DNA of 64,000 nucleotides from Deltaproteobacteria bacterium (GTDB lineage Bacteria; Myxococcota_C; UBA6777): NCBI GenBank assembly GCA_006226375.1, contig SBHC01000010.1, positions 112,492 to 176,491 of the forward strand, read 5' to 3'. Shown piece by piece: positions 55,428 to 64,000 of this stretch (position 1 is its first letter; each line of letters starts with the position of its first letter). The notes under the pieces were generated by a model. It saw only the letters and a program-made list of their open reading frames with translations, ran no database searches and was not told where the DNA came from. The position numbers and the translations under genes were made by a program.

Positions 55428-56655
55428 GCCACTCTTCCAGGCCAAGCAGCCTTCGTCCTCTCTTGTTCAAGTCCAACCCGTTGAAGTCCACCACATCACT
55501 GTATTGACGCATCACTCGCTGAGGCGCGTAACGGTCGTGCTCTTCGTAAAACGGGTCGCTCTCTCTTGCAGGAAACACACGGATGTACTGGTGCAAACGC
55601 ATACGATCGGAGTCGTTGTGTGCGGTGGCATGAAGTTGCCCCCACGACCAGATGAGCATCTCGCCTTGTCGCAACGGAATCTCTTGCATGTATTGACGGA
55701 TGGGATCGTCCTCCTCGGGTCGATGACTCCGGCGTTTTTTGCCAAGCCCAGAGGGACAAGCGTGTTCACGACACCACTGTGCCAGGAACGGTGCACCGCC
55801 CGGAAGAGTCAGATGACAGCCCATCCCTGAGTGATGTTCGTTCAGAGCGACCACAGCCTGGTATCCGGGGTTACGCCCTTGTTCCACTTCGTCGACCCAT
55901 AGCCAGGGGTTGTAGTCCCAATGAGGCTTGATTCCTTTGCCCCAGCGACGCTTCTCTGTCGGCACCAGCTCTCCCTGTTCGTTCGGAAGTAGAAGGTTCT
56001 TCGAGCCTCTCGCGATGCCCCAGTTGTCGATGGTGACACGCAGCCTGTCTTCCTGCCACAACATGGCAAACACGTCGTACACATTAGAAGCAACGCGGTT
56101 GGCAAACGCTTGAGGGTGGAAGGCAGGCTGACGGAGTAAGAACTTGGATTGCACAGGCCAGTTCCGATCGTCCCAGGTCCACGATTGTTCCGGGTGGACG
56201 GCAGGAGTGTCTTTCCCCAACGCAGCAACTTGGGCGTTCACTTCTTCAAACATCGCATCGATGGTGGCGCTGCAAACCTCTGGAGAGAACGCTTGCACCA
56301 CAACCAGCCCGTAGGTATCGAGCGTTTGACGGATGGCCTCGTGTTCATGAGGCTGGAGCGACTTCACAAAACCGTCCGATGTCTCCGGGTAGCGGGGAAA
56401 GAGAGCGCTCCACTCGCGGTCACTTCGTTCCACAGCATGAAGCTCAGGACTTTGCTTGGACAGACGAAGAATCAAACGCTCCAACCAACCCCGATCCAGG
56501 GACACACGAGGAGCCAGACCTTCAACCTCCGCCAGCACCGACAACAACTGAGACTCGCTGTAAGGAGGAGGGCTTGCTTGATACACTGAACGCACATAGT
56601 CTTCGGCTTTTTGGTATTCTTCGCTACGCAATGACTTTAAGTCTGTATCCATCAT
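55420..56655 (-). CDS. putative 2OG-Fe(II)/PhyH-like dioxygenase family protein (low-confidence family)
   Basis: 411-aa soluble protein with HWDYNPW and HATAHND candidate metal motifs. No clear signature, so the assignment is weak. Confidence 0.35.
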   Translation of the reverse strand: MMDTDLKSLRSEEYQKAEDYVRSVYQASPPPYSESQLLSVLAEVEGLAPRVSLDRGWLERLILRLSKQSPELHAVERSDREWSALFPRYPETSDGFVKSLQPHEHEAIRQTLDTYGLVVVQAFSPEVCSATIDAMFEEVNAQVAALGKDTPAVHPEQSWTWDDRNWPVQSKFLLRQPAFHPQAFANRVASNVYDVFAMLWQEDRLRVTIDNWGIARGSKNLLLPNEQGELVPTEKRRWGKGIKPHWDYNPWLWVDEVEQGRNPGYQAVVALNEHHSGMGCHLTLPGGAPFLAQWCREHACPSGLGKKRRSHRPEEDDPIRQYMQEIPLRQGEMLIWSWGQLHATAHNDSDRMRLHQYIRVFPARESDPFYEEHDRYAPQRVMRQYSDVVDFNGLDLNKRGRRLLGLEEWPI

Positions 56656-56877
56656 CTTTGTCCACAGAGGTTAAATAGAAAGGCGAAGGGAGCGTGTTCG
56701 CCCCCAATCATACGATTGTTGCGTAGCGATACGATCGACAACTACCGAATGTTCAGTTCTTTTTATTGGGCAGCAAGCCGAGGAACGGCTCATGTGTATG
56801 GGTTGGGATGAAGTCGATGAGAAGAGGCAGAAACGGGGAGAGACTTGAGACAGCCAGGGGAAGGCGGAACGGTTGAC

Positions 56878-57117
56878 TTAGGGGAAGAAACAGACTCGTT
56901 CAAAAGAATCACAATCTGTACCTTCGGGACACTCAGCATTGTTGGAGCAAGCGATGTCTTGGGGCGGCACGCAAGCGCCACTCCGTGTACAAAATGTGCC
57001 AGAAGCACAATCTGAGTTATCAACACACCCATCAGGAGGGTTCCCCACGATCACGCAGGCAGAAAGGGCCCAGCCAAGAAACAGAATGGTCAAAAGATAA
57101 CTCACTTTTTTTCTCAT
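56878..57117 (-). CDS. small Cys-rich lipoprotein (79 aa)
   Basis: ATG at 57117 with a GGAGGA RBS. Lipobox LGWALSAC. Eight Cys in about 55 aa. Confidence 0.5.
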   Translation of the reverse strand: MRKKVSYLLTILFLGWALSACVIVGNPPDGCVDNSDCASGTFCTRSGACVPPQDIACSNNAECPEGTDCDSFERVCFFP

Positions 57118-57548
57118 GGTACTCCTCCAAAAGTATACTTTTTCTAAACCAGCTTTCCCACCATACCATTCCTTGGGATTCTCTGACAAACTTACTCTCC
57201 CTCTGAATGTATGATACCTCCCAAGCTCAATGTCTAGCGTCGTGTTTCGGACATCTCAGGAATTACTGACATACAGCATACCGAACACCACTAAAATCCA
57301 AAAGTGAAGAAAGAAAAGGACTTGGTCTGTTCACCCACAAGACTTCAACCCGTGTAAGTAACATTTGACAACGCAAGACGACAAACAGGGGTCCATCTTG
57401 GACAACACCCACGGCGGCGTGTACACAAGACATTGCAAAATGAATGTGACACTCCGATAGCAACCAAGCGAGGTGTTGACAAAGAGACACAGGCATGGAT
57501 AAACGAATCCACCAGAAAGATAGACCGATTTGCATAGGAGAAGTCTTA

Positions 57549-59729
57549 ATGAATCGAAAGGAAGCCGCATTTTTAAGCACCGAAGAGCTTTCCTCATTGC
57601 TGGTAACCAAAACTCCGGACCTCACAGTGCACGACCCTGTGAAGAAAAAGGAGGAGATTCGGCGCTACTTTCACAACACAGTGACGTTGTTTGAGAGCCT
57701 GTTCGATTGCCTCAAAGATGACTCCGTTTATTACTTCCAGCCCAACCCACTGCGGCACCCCCATATTTTCTACTTTGGGCACACCGCGGTGTTCTACATC
57801 AACAAGCTCCGCGTGGCAGGTCATATCTCCGAACGCCTCGACCCCGAGTTTGAATCAAAGTTTGCGATCGGTGTGGATGAGATGTCTTGGGATGATGTGG
57901 ACCAGGGTCACTACGATTGGCCCAGCGTTGACGACGTCCGTGCCTACCGCAACAAGATGCGAGAGATTGTGGATGGAGTCATCCAAAAGTGTGACCTGTC
58001 CGAGAAACAAATCAGCTGGTCCCACCCCTTGTGGATCGTAATGATGGGCATTGAGCACGAACGCATCCACCTGGAAACAAGCTCCGTGTTGATCCGTGAG
58101 ACCCCGCTCGACAAGCTCAAACCGCACCCAGTGTGGGGTAACATCTGCCGAGAACACGGCGAAGCACCCAAGAACCAGCTGCTGCCCGTTCAGGGAGGCA
58201 CCGTTCAGCTCGGCAAAGACCACACCGACCCCTACTACGGTTGGGACAACGAATACGGTCATCTGAAGGTTGAAGTCTCTGACTTCCAGGCCAGCCAATA
58301 CCTCGTCTCCAACCGCGAGTTTTTCGAGTTCATCGAAGATGGGGGATATCAGAACCAAGAGTACTGGACAGAAGAAGGCTGGGGCTGGGTCACCTACAAG
58401 AACGCCAAACACCCGGTGTATTGGATCAAAGACGGCGACACCTTCCGATACCGAACGATGCTGGAAGAGGTCGATCTACCGTGGGACTGGCCTGCCCACG
58501 TCAACGCTTTGGAGGCGCAAGCTTTCTGCCAGTGGAAGTCGCAAAAAACAGGCAAGAACATCTGCCTTCCCACAGAAGCGCAGTGGTACCAGCTGCGTTC
58601 ATTGGAATCTTCGGACCAACCCAACTGGGAGAAGGCTCCCGGCAATTTGAACCTTGAATACGAGATGTCGTCTTGTCCGGTCACGCGTCATGCATTCGCC
58701 GATGGATTTTACGACATCGTCGGCAACGCGTGGCAATGGACCCGCACCGCCATCCATCCGTTTGAGGGTTTTGAGATTCACCCTGCCTACGATGACTTCT
58801 CAGTTCCCACCTTTGACGGAAAGCACGACCTCTTCAAAGGCGGCTGCTGGATCTCCACAGGAAACTATGCCCTTCGCTTGTCTCGCTATGCGTTCCGAAG
58901 ACACTTCTTTCAGCACGCTGGCTTCCGCTACATCGAAGAGACACGCGCCGATCGCCACGAGTCGACGTCAGAGCCCAGCGCCGAGGAAAACATCTACAAC
59001 CGTGACGCCATCATCGCAGAATACGCGGAGTTCCATTACGGGGACACCCACTTCAACGTACCCAACTTTCAAGTGAAGTGTGCGGGTATCGCAGTGGAAG
59101 CTCACGGGAACGGAAAGCGTCATCGCGCTCTGGACCTTGGATGTGCCACAGGACGAGCGGCCTTTGAACTGGCCCAGCACTTCGATTGGGTTGATGGTGT
59201 GGACTTCACCGCGAGGTTGCTGCAAGTGCCAAGCTCGCTGCAAAACAAGGGCTCCTACCAGTATGAGATTCCCAGCGAAGGCGAGCTCGTCATCGACAAA
59301 GAGATTCATCTTTCAGAGCTTGGCTACCAGGGTGTCAAAGACAAAGTCGCGTTCCAACAAGGAGACGCTTGCAACCTTCCCGAGAAGTACAAGGACTATG
59401 ACCTTGTGCTTGCCCTCAACCTCCTCGATCAGCTGTACGACCCGGAAGCATTCCTCCGCCTGATTCAAGAGCGGATCCAGCCCGGAGGAACTCTAGTTCT
59501 TGGTACGTCTTGCAACTGGTCAACGGAGTTCACCCCTCGGGAAAAGTGGCTGGGAGGCTTCTGCAACGCAGATGGAGCACCCCAAACGACACTGGACGGG
59601 ATTCGAGAAATCCTAGCTCCATCCTTTGAGCAGGTAGGGGAAGCGTTGGAAGTCCCCTTTGTGATGCGTGAGACCCAACGTACATTCCAGCACAGCCACT
59701 CCCAGATCAGCATCTGGCGTCGCCGCTAA
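57549..59729 (+). CDS. ovoA: 5-histidylcysteine sulfoxide synthase (ovothiol biosynthesis; DinB-like + FGE-sulfatase + SAM methyltransferase)
   Basis: RHPHIFYFGHTAVFYINKL (DinB_2 iron motif). FGE-like core VYWIKDGD...GNAWQWT. C-terminal Rossmann methyltransferase LDLGCATGRAAFELA. AGGAGAAG RBS before the ATG at 57549. Confidence 0.8.
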   Translation: MNRKEAAFLSTEELSSLLVTKTPDLTVHDPVKKKEEIRRYFHNTVTLFESLFDCLKDDSVYYFQPNPLRHPHIFYFGHTAVFYINKLRVAGHISERLDPEFESKFAIGVDEMSWDDVDQGHYDWPSVDDVRAYRNKMREIVDGVIQKCDLSEKQISWSHPLWIVMMGIEHERIHLETSSVLIRETPLDKLKPHPVWGNICREHGEAPKNQLLPVQGGTVQLGKDHTDPYYGWDNEYGHLKVEVSDFQASQYLVSNREFFEFIEDGGYQNQEYWTEEGWGWVTYKNAKHPVYWIKDGDTFRYRTMLEEVDLPWDWPAHVNALEAQAFCQWKSQKTGKNICLPTEAQWYQLRSLESSDQPNWEKAPGNLNLEYEMSSCPVTRHAFADGFYDIVGNAWQWTRTAIHPFEGFEIHPAYDDFSVPTFDGKHDLFKGGCWISTGNYALRLSRYAFRRHFFQHAGFRYIEETRADRHESTSEPSAEENIYNRDAIIAEYAEFHYGDTHFNVPNFQVKCAGIAVEAHGNGKRHRALDLGCATGRAAFELAQHFDWVDGVDFTARLLQVPSSLQNKGSYQYEIPSEGELVIDKEIHLSELGYQGVKDKVAFQQGDACNLPEKYKDYDLVLALNLLDQLYDPEAFLRLIQERIQPGGTLVLGTSCNWSTEFTPREKWLGGFCNADGAPQTTLDGIREILAPSFEQVGEALEVPFVMRETQRTFQHSHSQISIWRRR

Positions 59730-59786
59730 TTCCCCCCAACTACCTCTCCCCAAAGAACCAACACATTCCACCAAGAGCGCTTCACT

Positions 59787-60323
59787 TTATCTTTCGTTGC
59801 TCTGCCCAAAACGGAGGGCCATAAAGGTGTTGCATCCTTCCGGACAGATGTAGCCGTTTGGCCGCTCAATGAAGTGAAAACCCAACCGGTTGTACAGCTG
59901 AATGGCGCCTTGCATCTCCTGAATGGTTTCCAGGTACATCCCTTGGTAGTGCTCTTTCGCGAAGACAAGAATCGCCTCCACCAGCCTTCGCCCTAGGCCC
60001 AAACCGCGCGCACTCGGCCTCAAGTAAAGACGCTTCAATTCACACAGTCCAGGCATGATATGGGAAAAATCTTGGAGGCCGCCCCCACCGACAACGTCGG
60101 AGTCTACCTCTGCGACAAGATAGAGGGAGCCTGTTTGTTGGTACTGTTCAAACAGATTCTTTGTCTTGACCCGGTTGCTGGCCTGGATCTCTTCGCTGTA
60201 GCCAAACTCATCGTAAGCTGCGGCGATGATCGATTGCAACGCTGCTTCGTCTTCCTTTTGTATCGGTCTGATTCGAGTGTTCACAGCGCCTTCATTCTCC
60301 CAAGCGTGGCCCACAGACACCAA
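59787..60323 (-). CDS. GNAT family N-acetyltransferase
   Basis: IRPIQKEDEAAL... and acetyl-CoA motif A RLYLRPSARGLGLGRRL. Start uncertain (TTG or GTG near 60323-60314). Confidence 0.65.
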   Translation of the reverse strand: MVSVGHAWENEGAVNTRIRPIQKEDEAALQSIIAAAYDEFGYSEEIQASNRVKTKNLFEQYQQTGSLYLVAEVDSDVVGGGGLQDFSHIMPGLCELKRLYLRPSARGLGLGRRLVEAILVFAKEHYQGMYLETIQEMQGAIQLYNRLGFHFIERPNGYICPEGCNTFMALRFGQSNER

Positions 60324-60366
60324 AGCAAAGAGGCGAGGGAGCCTACGATGTGGGCTTTGGAAGTCA

Positions 60367-60789
60367 TTACCCGCCAGGAAGCAGGGTCACCATCAGTCGA
60401 AGCAGATCCGTGTCTGTGATGATCCCGACAGGTCGTGTCTCTCCCTCTTTCACCACCACAATCGAGCTGATCTTGTTGGACAGCATTTGCCGGGCCACAC
60501 CGGCAACATCGGCACCAGGCGTTGTCGTGATGACGTCCTTGGTCATGATGTCTTCGATGGGCGTGAGCATCACTGCATCCACGAAGTCTTGCTTCTCCTC
60601 GCTGAAGTGGGAGTTCATCGCTTTCTTCAAGTCACGGTCGGACAAGATCCCCACAAGGACCTCATGTTTGTCGACCACAGGGATATGACGCAGATGGTAC
60701 AGCTCCATCGTGGCAAACGCATGGTACAACATCTGCGTGGGCTCCAGAACGATGACATCTTTGGACATATACTCTTGCACGGTTGCCAT
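60367..60789 (-). CDS. CBS-domain pair protein
   Basis: Two CBS motifs (MSKDVIVLEP...HIPVV and IMTKDVITTTP...IVVV). AAGGAG RBS before the ATG at 60789. Confidence 0.75.
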   Translation of the reverse strand: MATVQEYMSKDVIVLEPTQMLYHAFATMELYHLRHIPVVDKHEVLVGILSDRDLKKAMNSHFSEEKQDFVDAVMLTPIEDIMTKDVITTTPGADVAGVARQMLSNKISSIVVVKEGETRPVGIITDTDLLRLMVTLLPGG

Positions 60790-61121
60790 AACGGACTCCT
60801 TTTCCACCCCACAGGGAACACTCAATCACCAAGAACGTTAGCGTTGCACAGGTTTGTATGCAGATACAATGTCGACAATTCGTGACTTTGTTCTAACGCT
60901 CTCCCGTCCAGGATGCAAGAGGGGAAAACGCGACGCCAAACGAACCTTCTCATCTACCGTGTAGGAACGCGCGACCCGATCTTGCAACCCAACAGAAACA
61001 CGAAGAAGAGAAAAACCAACGCAGAGAACAACCTGCTTGCCAAATACGAGGTCTTTCGCTATAGTCCACAACCCTTTAGGCGAGACGATTGCAGATCAAC
61101 CCAAGCACCTGGAGTTCCACC

Positions 61122-61922
61122 ATGGCAATGAAAATACAAGGAAGTCAGCCGCACAACGTGCCGACGCAGAACACCCCCGAAACCATCACAGGACCTGTGC
61201 AACAAGAAGCGATTGTGGATGTGTCCGAAGCGATGCTCCAGCCGCAGTTTCACGCGGGTGCAGAAGCGTCAACCACCCAAACGGAGACGGCCGCTCACTT
61301 TGCACAGTCGGCGAAAGCTCCGTCGCCCGGTGGCTTCAACCCACTCTCCCTGCAAATCGCTCAAGGCACCCAGCAAGCGGAAGTTACAGCACCTGTTGCC
61401 CAAGCTGCTCCTGTGGTAAGCCAACCCATTCAGCAAACTGCCCCAGTCCAGCAAGTCGAAGATCCGGCTGCTCTGGAAAAGCAACGCAACGCTGAAACGG
61501 TGACCAAGTTCTACAAAGCCATGCAAGAAGGTGACTTTGACACCATTATGTCACTGTACCACCCCGACGCTGAGTTTTCGGATCCGGCGTTTCCCGGCAT
61601 CAAAGGCGACAAGTTGGAAGGCATGTGGAAGCTCATCACCAACGCTGAGCCCGACATCAAGTTCCGCGACGTGAAAGCCAACGATGACGGCACCGTCACC
61701 GGCCATTGGGACGCGGACTACGAACTCCTCAAAGGCAACCCCATCCACAACCAGATCGACTCGAAGTTTGAGTTCAAAGACGGCAAGATCATCAAACACA
61801 CCGACTCTTTCAACTTCTCCAAGTGGGCAGACCAGGCCTTCCCTGGCATCCTTGGAAAAGCCATCGGCACACGCGTCGGTCAGTTTGTGATGACTCGAAT
61901 GATTCTCCCCTTCGCGATCTAA
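61122..61922 (+). CDS. NTF2-like (SnoaL/ketosteroid-isomerase-like) domain protein with an N-terminal Gln/Ala/Pro-rich disordered region
   Basis: The C-terminal approximately 130 aa (VTKFYKAMQEGDFDTIMSLYHPDAEFSDPAF...GHWDADYEL...) match the SnoaL-like fold. GGAG RBS before the ATG at 61122. Confidence 0.55.
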   Translation: MAMKIQGSQPHNVPTQNTPETITGPVQQEAIVDVSEAMLQPQFHAGAEASTTQTETAAHFAQSAKAPSPGGFNPLSLQIAQGTQQAEVTAPVAQAAPVVSQPIQQTAPVQQVEDPAALEKQRNAETVTKFYKAMQEGDFDTIMSLYHPDAEFSDPAFPGIKGDKLEGMWKLITNAEPDIKFRDVKANDDGTVTGHWDADYELLKGNPIHNQIDSKFEFKDGKIIKHTDSFNFSKWADQAFPGILGKAIGTRVGQFVMTRMILPFAI

Positions 61923-61946
61923 CTTCCCAGCACCTCAACAAGCGAT

Positions 61947-63452
61947 TCAAGCTTGCTTCTTTCTTCGTCCTATCCTCAAGCGAATCAGCACCACAAACAA
62001 AAACAACCCCCATACCATCGGCAGAGGTCCTTCCGATTGGCAACCGCACGCCGCTGGAGTCTGCGGACTGTCAGAGGTTGTAGTGTTCTCAGAGGATGGC
62101 TCTGTAGGTGTCCCCGCATCATCCGAAGCAACGGGCTTTTCTTGCGTGGTGGGTTCGTCGCCTGTTGAGCTTTCAGATCCGCTGGGTTCCGAAGAGACAG
62201 GTGGCTCAGCCTGGACTTCTACGCCAGGCTCGGAAACAGCTTCAGCGGCTGGCTCTTTGGCTGGCTCTGGGTTGGAAACCTGCGCCACACAAGCTTTGTT
62301 CTGGCAGGTGTACCCATGAGGACAAACATCGTTAGACGCGCAAGTGCTTGTTTTGCTGGGTCGACACACCCCGTGGTCAAAAGGCGCATCTGGGATCTTG
62401 TAACAAGAGAAGCCATTCTCACAGTCGGAGTCCTGGCTGCAGAAACAGTATTGCCCGACGCGACCGATGAAGTTGCATTTGCCCAAGCCTTTGCAAGAAC
62501 TGTCATCCTTGCATTCTTTGTAACAAAGAGGAGGCACTTGCGGAGTTTGTTGTTTGCAAACCAGACCGTCCTGACACGCAGCAAAGGCCGTGCAAAGAGA
62601 GCCATGCAATTGGAAGCCTTTTTCAGGCAGACACAGATAGCCCTGTCCAACCTGAACCTGACAAGCTAGACCTGTTCCACAAGGTTTGGGTTTTCCTTGG
62701 TACGGATCGGCGGTGCAAGCGCCCTGGAAACCAAACACACCTTTGTTGCAGATTTGACCGGTCGCGCAATCGCTGTCTTCCCGGCAGACGCAGCCTTTCG
62801 TGGTCGAGTTAATGGTGCTGCATGTGCCGCTGTTGGCCGGGCAAGAACCGTCCGAACACACACTCACACATACGTTCCGGGTGCCGTATGCTACGCAGGT
62901 CAGGCCATTGTTGCAGGTGCTTCCAGGCAAGCAGGCACTCCCCGCTTCACCTGAAGGAGGACCACACTGTTGGGCGCATCGTTTGTCGCCACCGGCACCT
63001 TCGAGGCACGAAAAACCCGAAGCACAGGCCTGCGTTGCGCTGCACGCATCACCAAACTGTCCACCTTGTGAGCGCGCACACTCTCCACTCCGGCAAGTGT
63101 AATTTGTTGGACACGGTGTCTTTGCATCGCACACCATCGGGCAGTGACCCTTGTCCGGAAGACAAGTCTCAACTCCAGGGGCCAGCCATGCACATGAAAA
63201 ACCTGAAGGACAGGTGCCCGAGTCGCAAGGCTGCAAACATACGCCTGCGCCAGAGCTTCCCCCCCAACAATGTCCTCCACTCCCACAAACGCTGTGGTCC
63301 GAACAAGGTCGACAAAGTTCCGGAGTCATCGCCGGTTCAGCCTGAGCTTGCCGAACGACCCCAACACCCAAGAAACATCCAATCCACAACCCAATCCCTA
63401 CCACCCAAGGAAGGTTCAAGCCTCCCCACACCTGACGTCTCCGACCCATCAT
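61947..63452 (-). CDS. secreted Cys-rich (EGF/keratin-associated-like) protein with a Pro/Glu/Ser linker and a MYXO-CTERM-like C-terminal sorting signal
   Basis: ATGATG at 63452 with an AAAGGA RBS. Signal peptide. About 70 Cys in about 380 aa. C-terminus ...TPAACGCQSEGPLPMVWGLFLFVVLIRLRIGRRKKQA is Cys motif + TM + basic tail. Confidence 0.65.
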   Translation of the reverse strand: MMGRRRQVWGGLNLPWVVGIGLWIGCFLGVGVVRQAQAEPAMTPELCRPCSDHSVCGSGGHCWGGSSGAGVCLQPCDSGTCPSGFSCAWLAPGVETCLPDKGHCPMVCDAKTPCPTNYTCRSGECARSQGGQFGDACSATQACASGFSCLEGAGGDKRCAQQCGPPSGEAGSACLPGSTCNNGLTCVAYGTRNVCVSVCSDGSCPANSGTCSTINSTTKGCVCREDSDCATGQICNKGVFGFQGACTADPYQGKPKPCGTGLACQVQVGQGYLCLPEKGFQLHGSLCTAFAACQDGLVCKQQTPQVPPLCYKECKDDSSCKGLGKCNFIGRVGQYCFCSQDSDCENGFSCYKIPDAPFDHGVCRPSKTSTCASNDVCPHGYTCQNKACVAQVSNPEPAKEPAAEAVSEPGVEVQAEPPVSSEPSGSESSTGDEPTTQEKPVASDDAGTPTEPSSENTTTSDSPQTPAACGCQSEGPLPMVWGLFLFVVLIRLRIGRRKKQA

Positions 63453-63612
63453 CGTATCCTTTCCAAACCACTCGGAATCGGGATGAAGTCTGAAAAGACA
63501 CATCCCACATCAAACTGTTGCATTGCGACGTAAGAATGTATCGCACTTGCCTTGTATTTTGCAATGAAAAACAACGCGCTACTTCCATTGAGCTCCAACG
63601 CTAGAGTTTTCC

Positions 63613-63972
63613 TTAGGGAGAGGTTGAACGTTTTGTTCTTTGGATAAAACCCTGATACACGGTCTTGGCGATCTCATCGGGTAGCAAATACCGATGATGT
63701 GGAAACTCAGCGTAAAAGTACCGAAGCCGCCAAAACACACGCTGGACCTTCTTAGCTTGTTTGGGTAGCTGGATGGTTCTCGTCCACAAACCAGTAGGTT
63801 GGGTTGTGGGTACAGGGATTCGGGAGTCGCGAAGCTTCACCCACTCCCCTTTGCGAAAGACAAACGTTTTGCGCAAGGTCGTTCGCGACCAGACAGTCTT
63901 GCAGGAGGCAGAGGGACACACCTCCAAGACCAAGCGACGAAACGGATCGCCCGTTGGGATGGCATGACCCAC
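63613..63972 (-). CDS. hypothetical protein (GTG start; may be truncated by the window end)
   Basis: 119-aa ORF with no recognisable motif, lying at the window edge. Confidence 0.25.
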   Translation of the reverse strand: MGHAIPTGDPFRRLVLEVCPSASCKTVWSRTTLRKTFVFRKGEWVKLRDSRIPVPTTQPTGLWTRTIQLPKQAKKVQRVFWRLRYFYAEFPHHRYLLPDEIAKTVYQGFIQRTKRSTSP

Positions 63973-64000
63973 ATGTTGAGAAGCAAGTTGAACAGTCAGA

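Noticed and set aside
1-64000. Search for CRISPR arrays, rRNA and tRNA
   Set aside because: No direct-repeat/spacer periodicity, no rRNA-like conserved blocks and no convincing cloverleaf candidates in the intergenic regions were seen by eye. Not run through tRNAscan or Infernal, so small RNAs cannot be excluded.

Overview
The window is a 64 kb chromosomal segment with about 57% GC, packed with roughly 50 protein-coding genes and no rRNA, tRNA or CRISPR that I could recognise. I infer a Myxococcota- or Bradymonadota-like deltaproteobacterium: two secreted proteins carry MYXO-CTERM-like C-terminal sorting tails, there are three Hanks-type Ser/Thr kinases (one fused to an FGE-sulfatase domain), an FHA protein and several Cys-rich lipoproteins, and ovoA and ether-lipid remodelling genes are present. 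Housekeeping islands are a nitrogen-assimilation cluster, amt-glnK-glnA, and a sigma-54/PTS-Ntr cluster, rpoN-ptsN-rapZ-hpr. The other enzyme and transporter calls are a gamma-glutamyltranspeptidase, an M20 peptidase, an amidase-signature enzyme, a GH13 alpha-amylase with a CBM48-like module, tandem HupE/UreJ Ni/Co transporters, a FadL-like OMP and a flotillin. The stand-out unusual genes are (i) a roughly 1550-aa lipoprotein made almost entirely of about 35 tandem 43-aa Stig1-like cysteine repeats, about 280 Cys, with near-identical DNA repeat units; (ii) a 644-aa Met/Gln/Asn/Gly-rich prion-like low-complexity protein with a strong RBS, sitting just upstream of amt; (iii) an Arg/Cys-rich basic secreted protein next to basic Pro/His-rich ORFs split by an in-frame stop; (iv) a rhomboid-HEAT fusion overlapping an ADP-ribosylglycohydrolase; and (v) a DUF4351/Rpn-like PD-(D/E)XK putative transposase with a 12-nt x6 tandem repeat. 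A shared TTGAAGTTG-AC motif lies upstream of both amt and glnK, and the P-II protein lacks the canonical T-loop Tyr51. All family assignments are from motifs read by eye; no database search was run.
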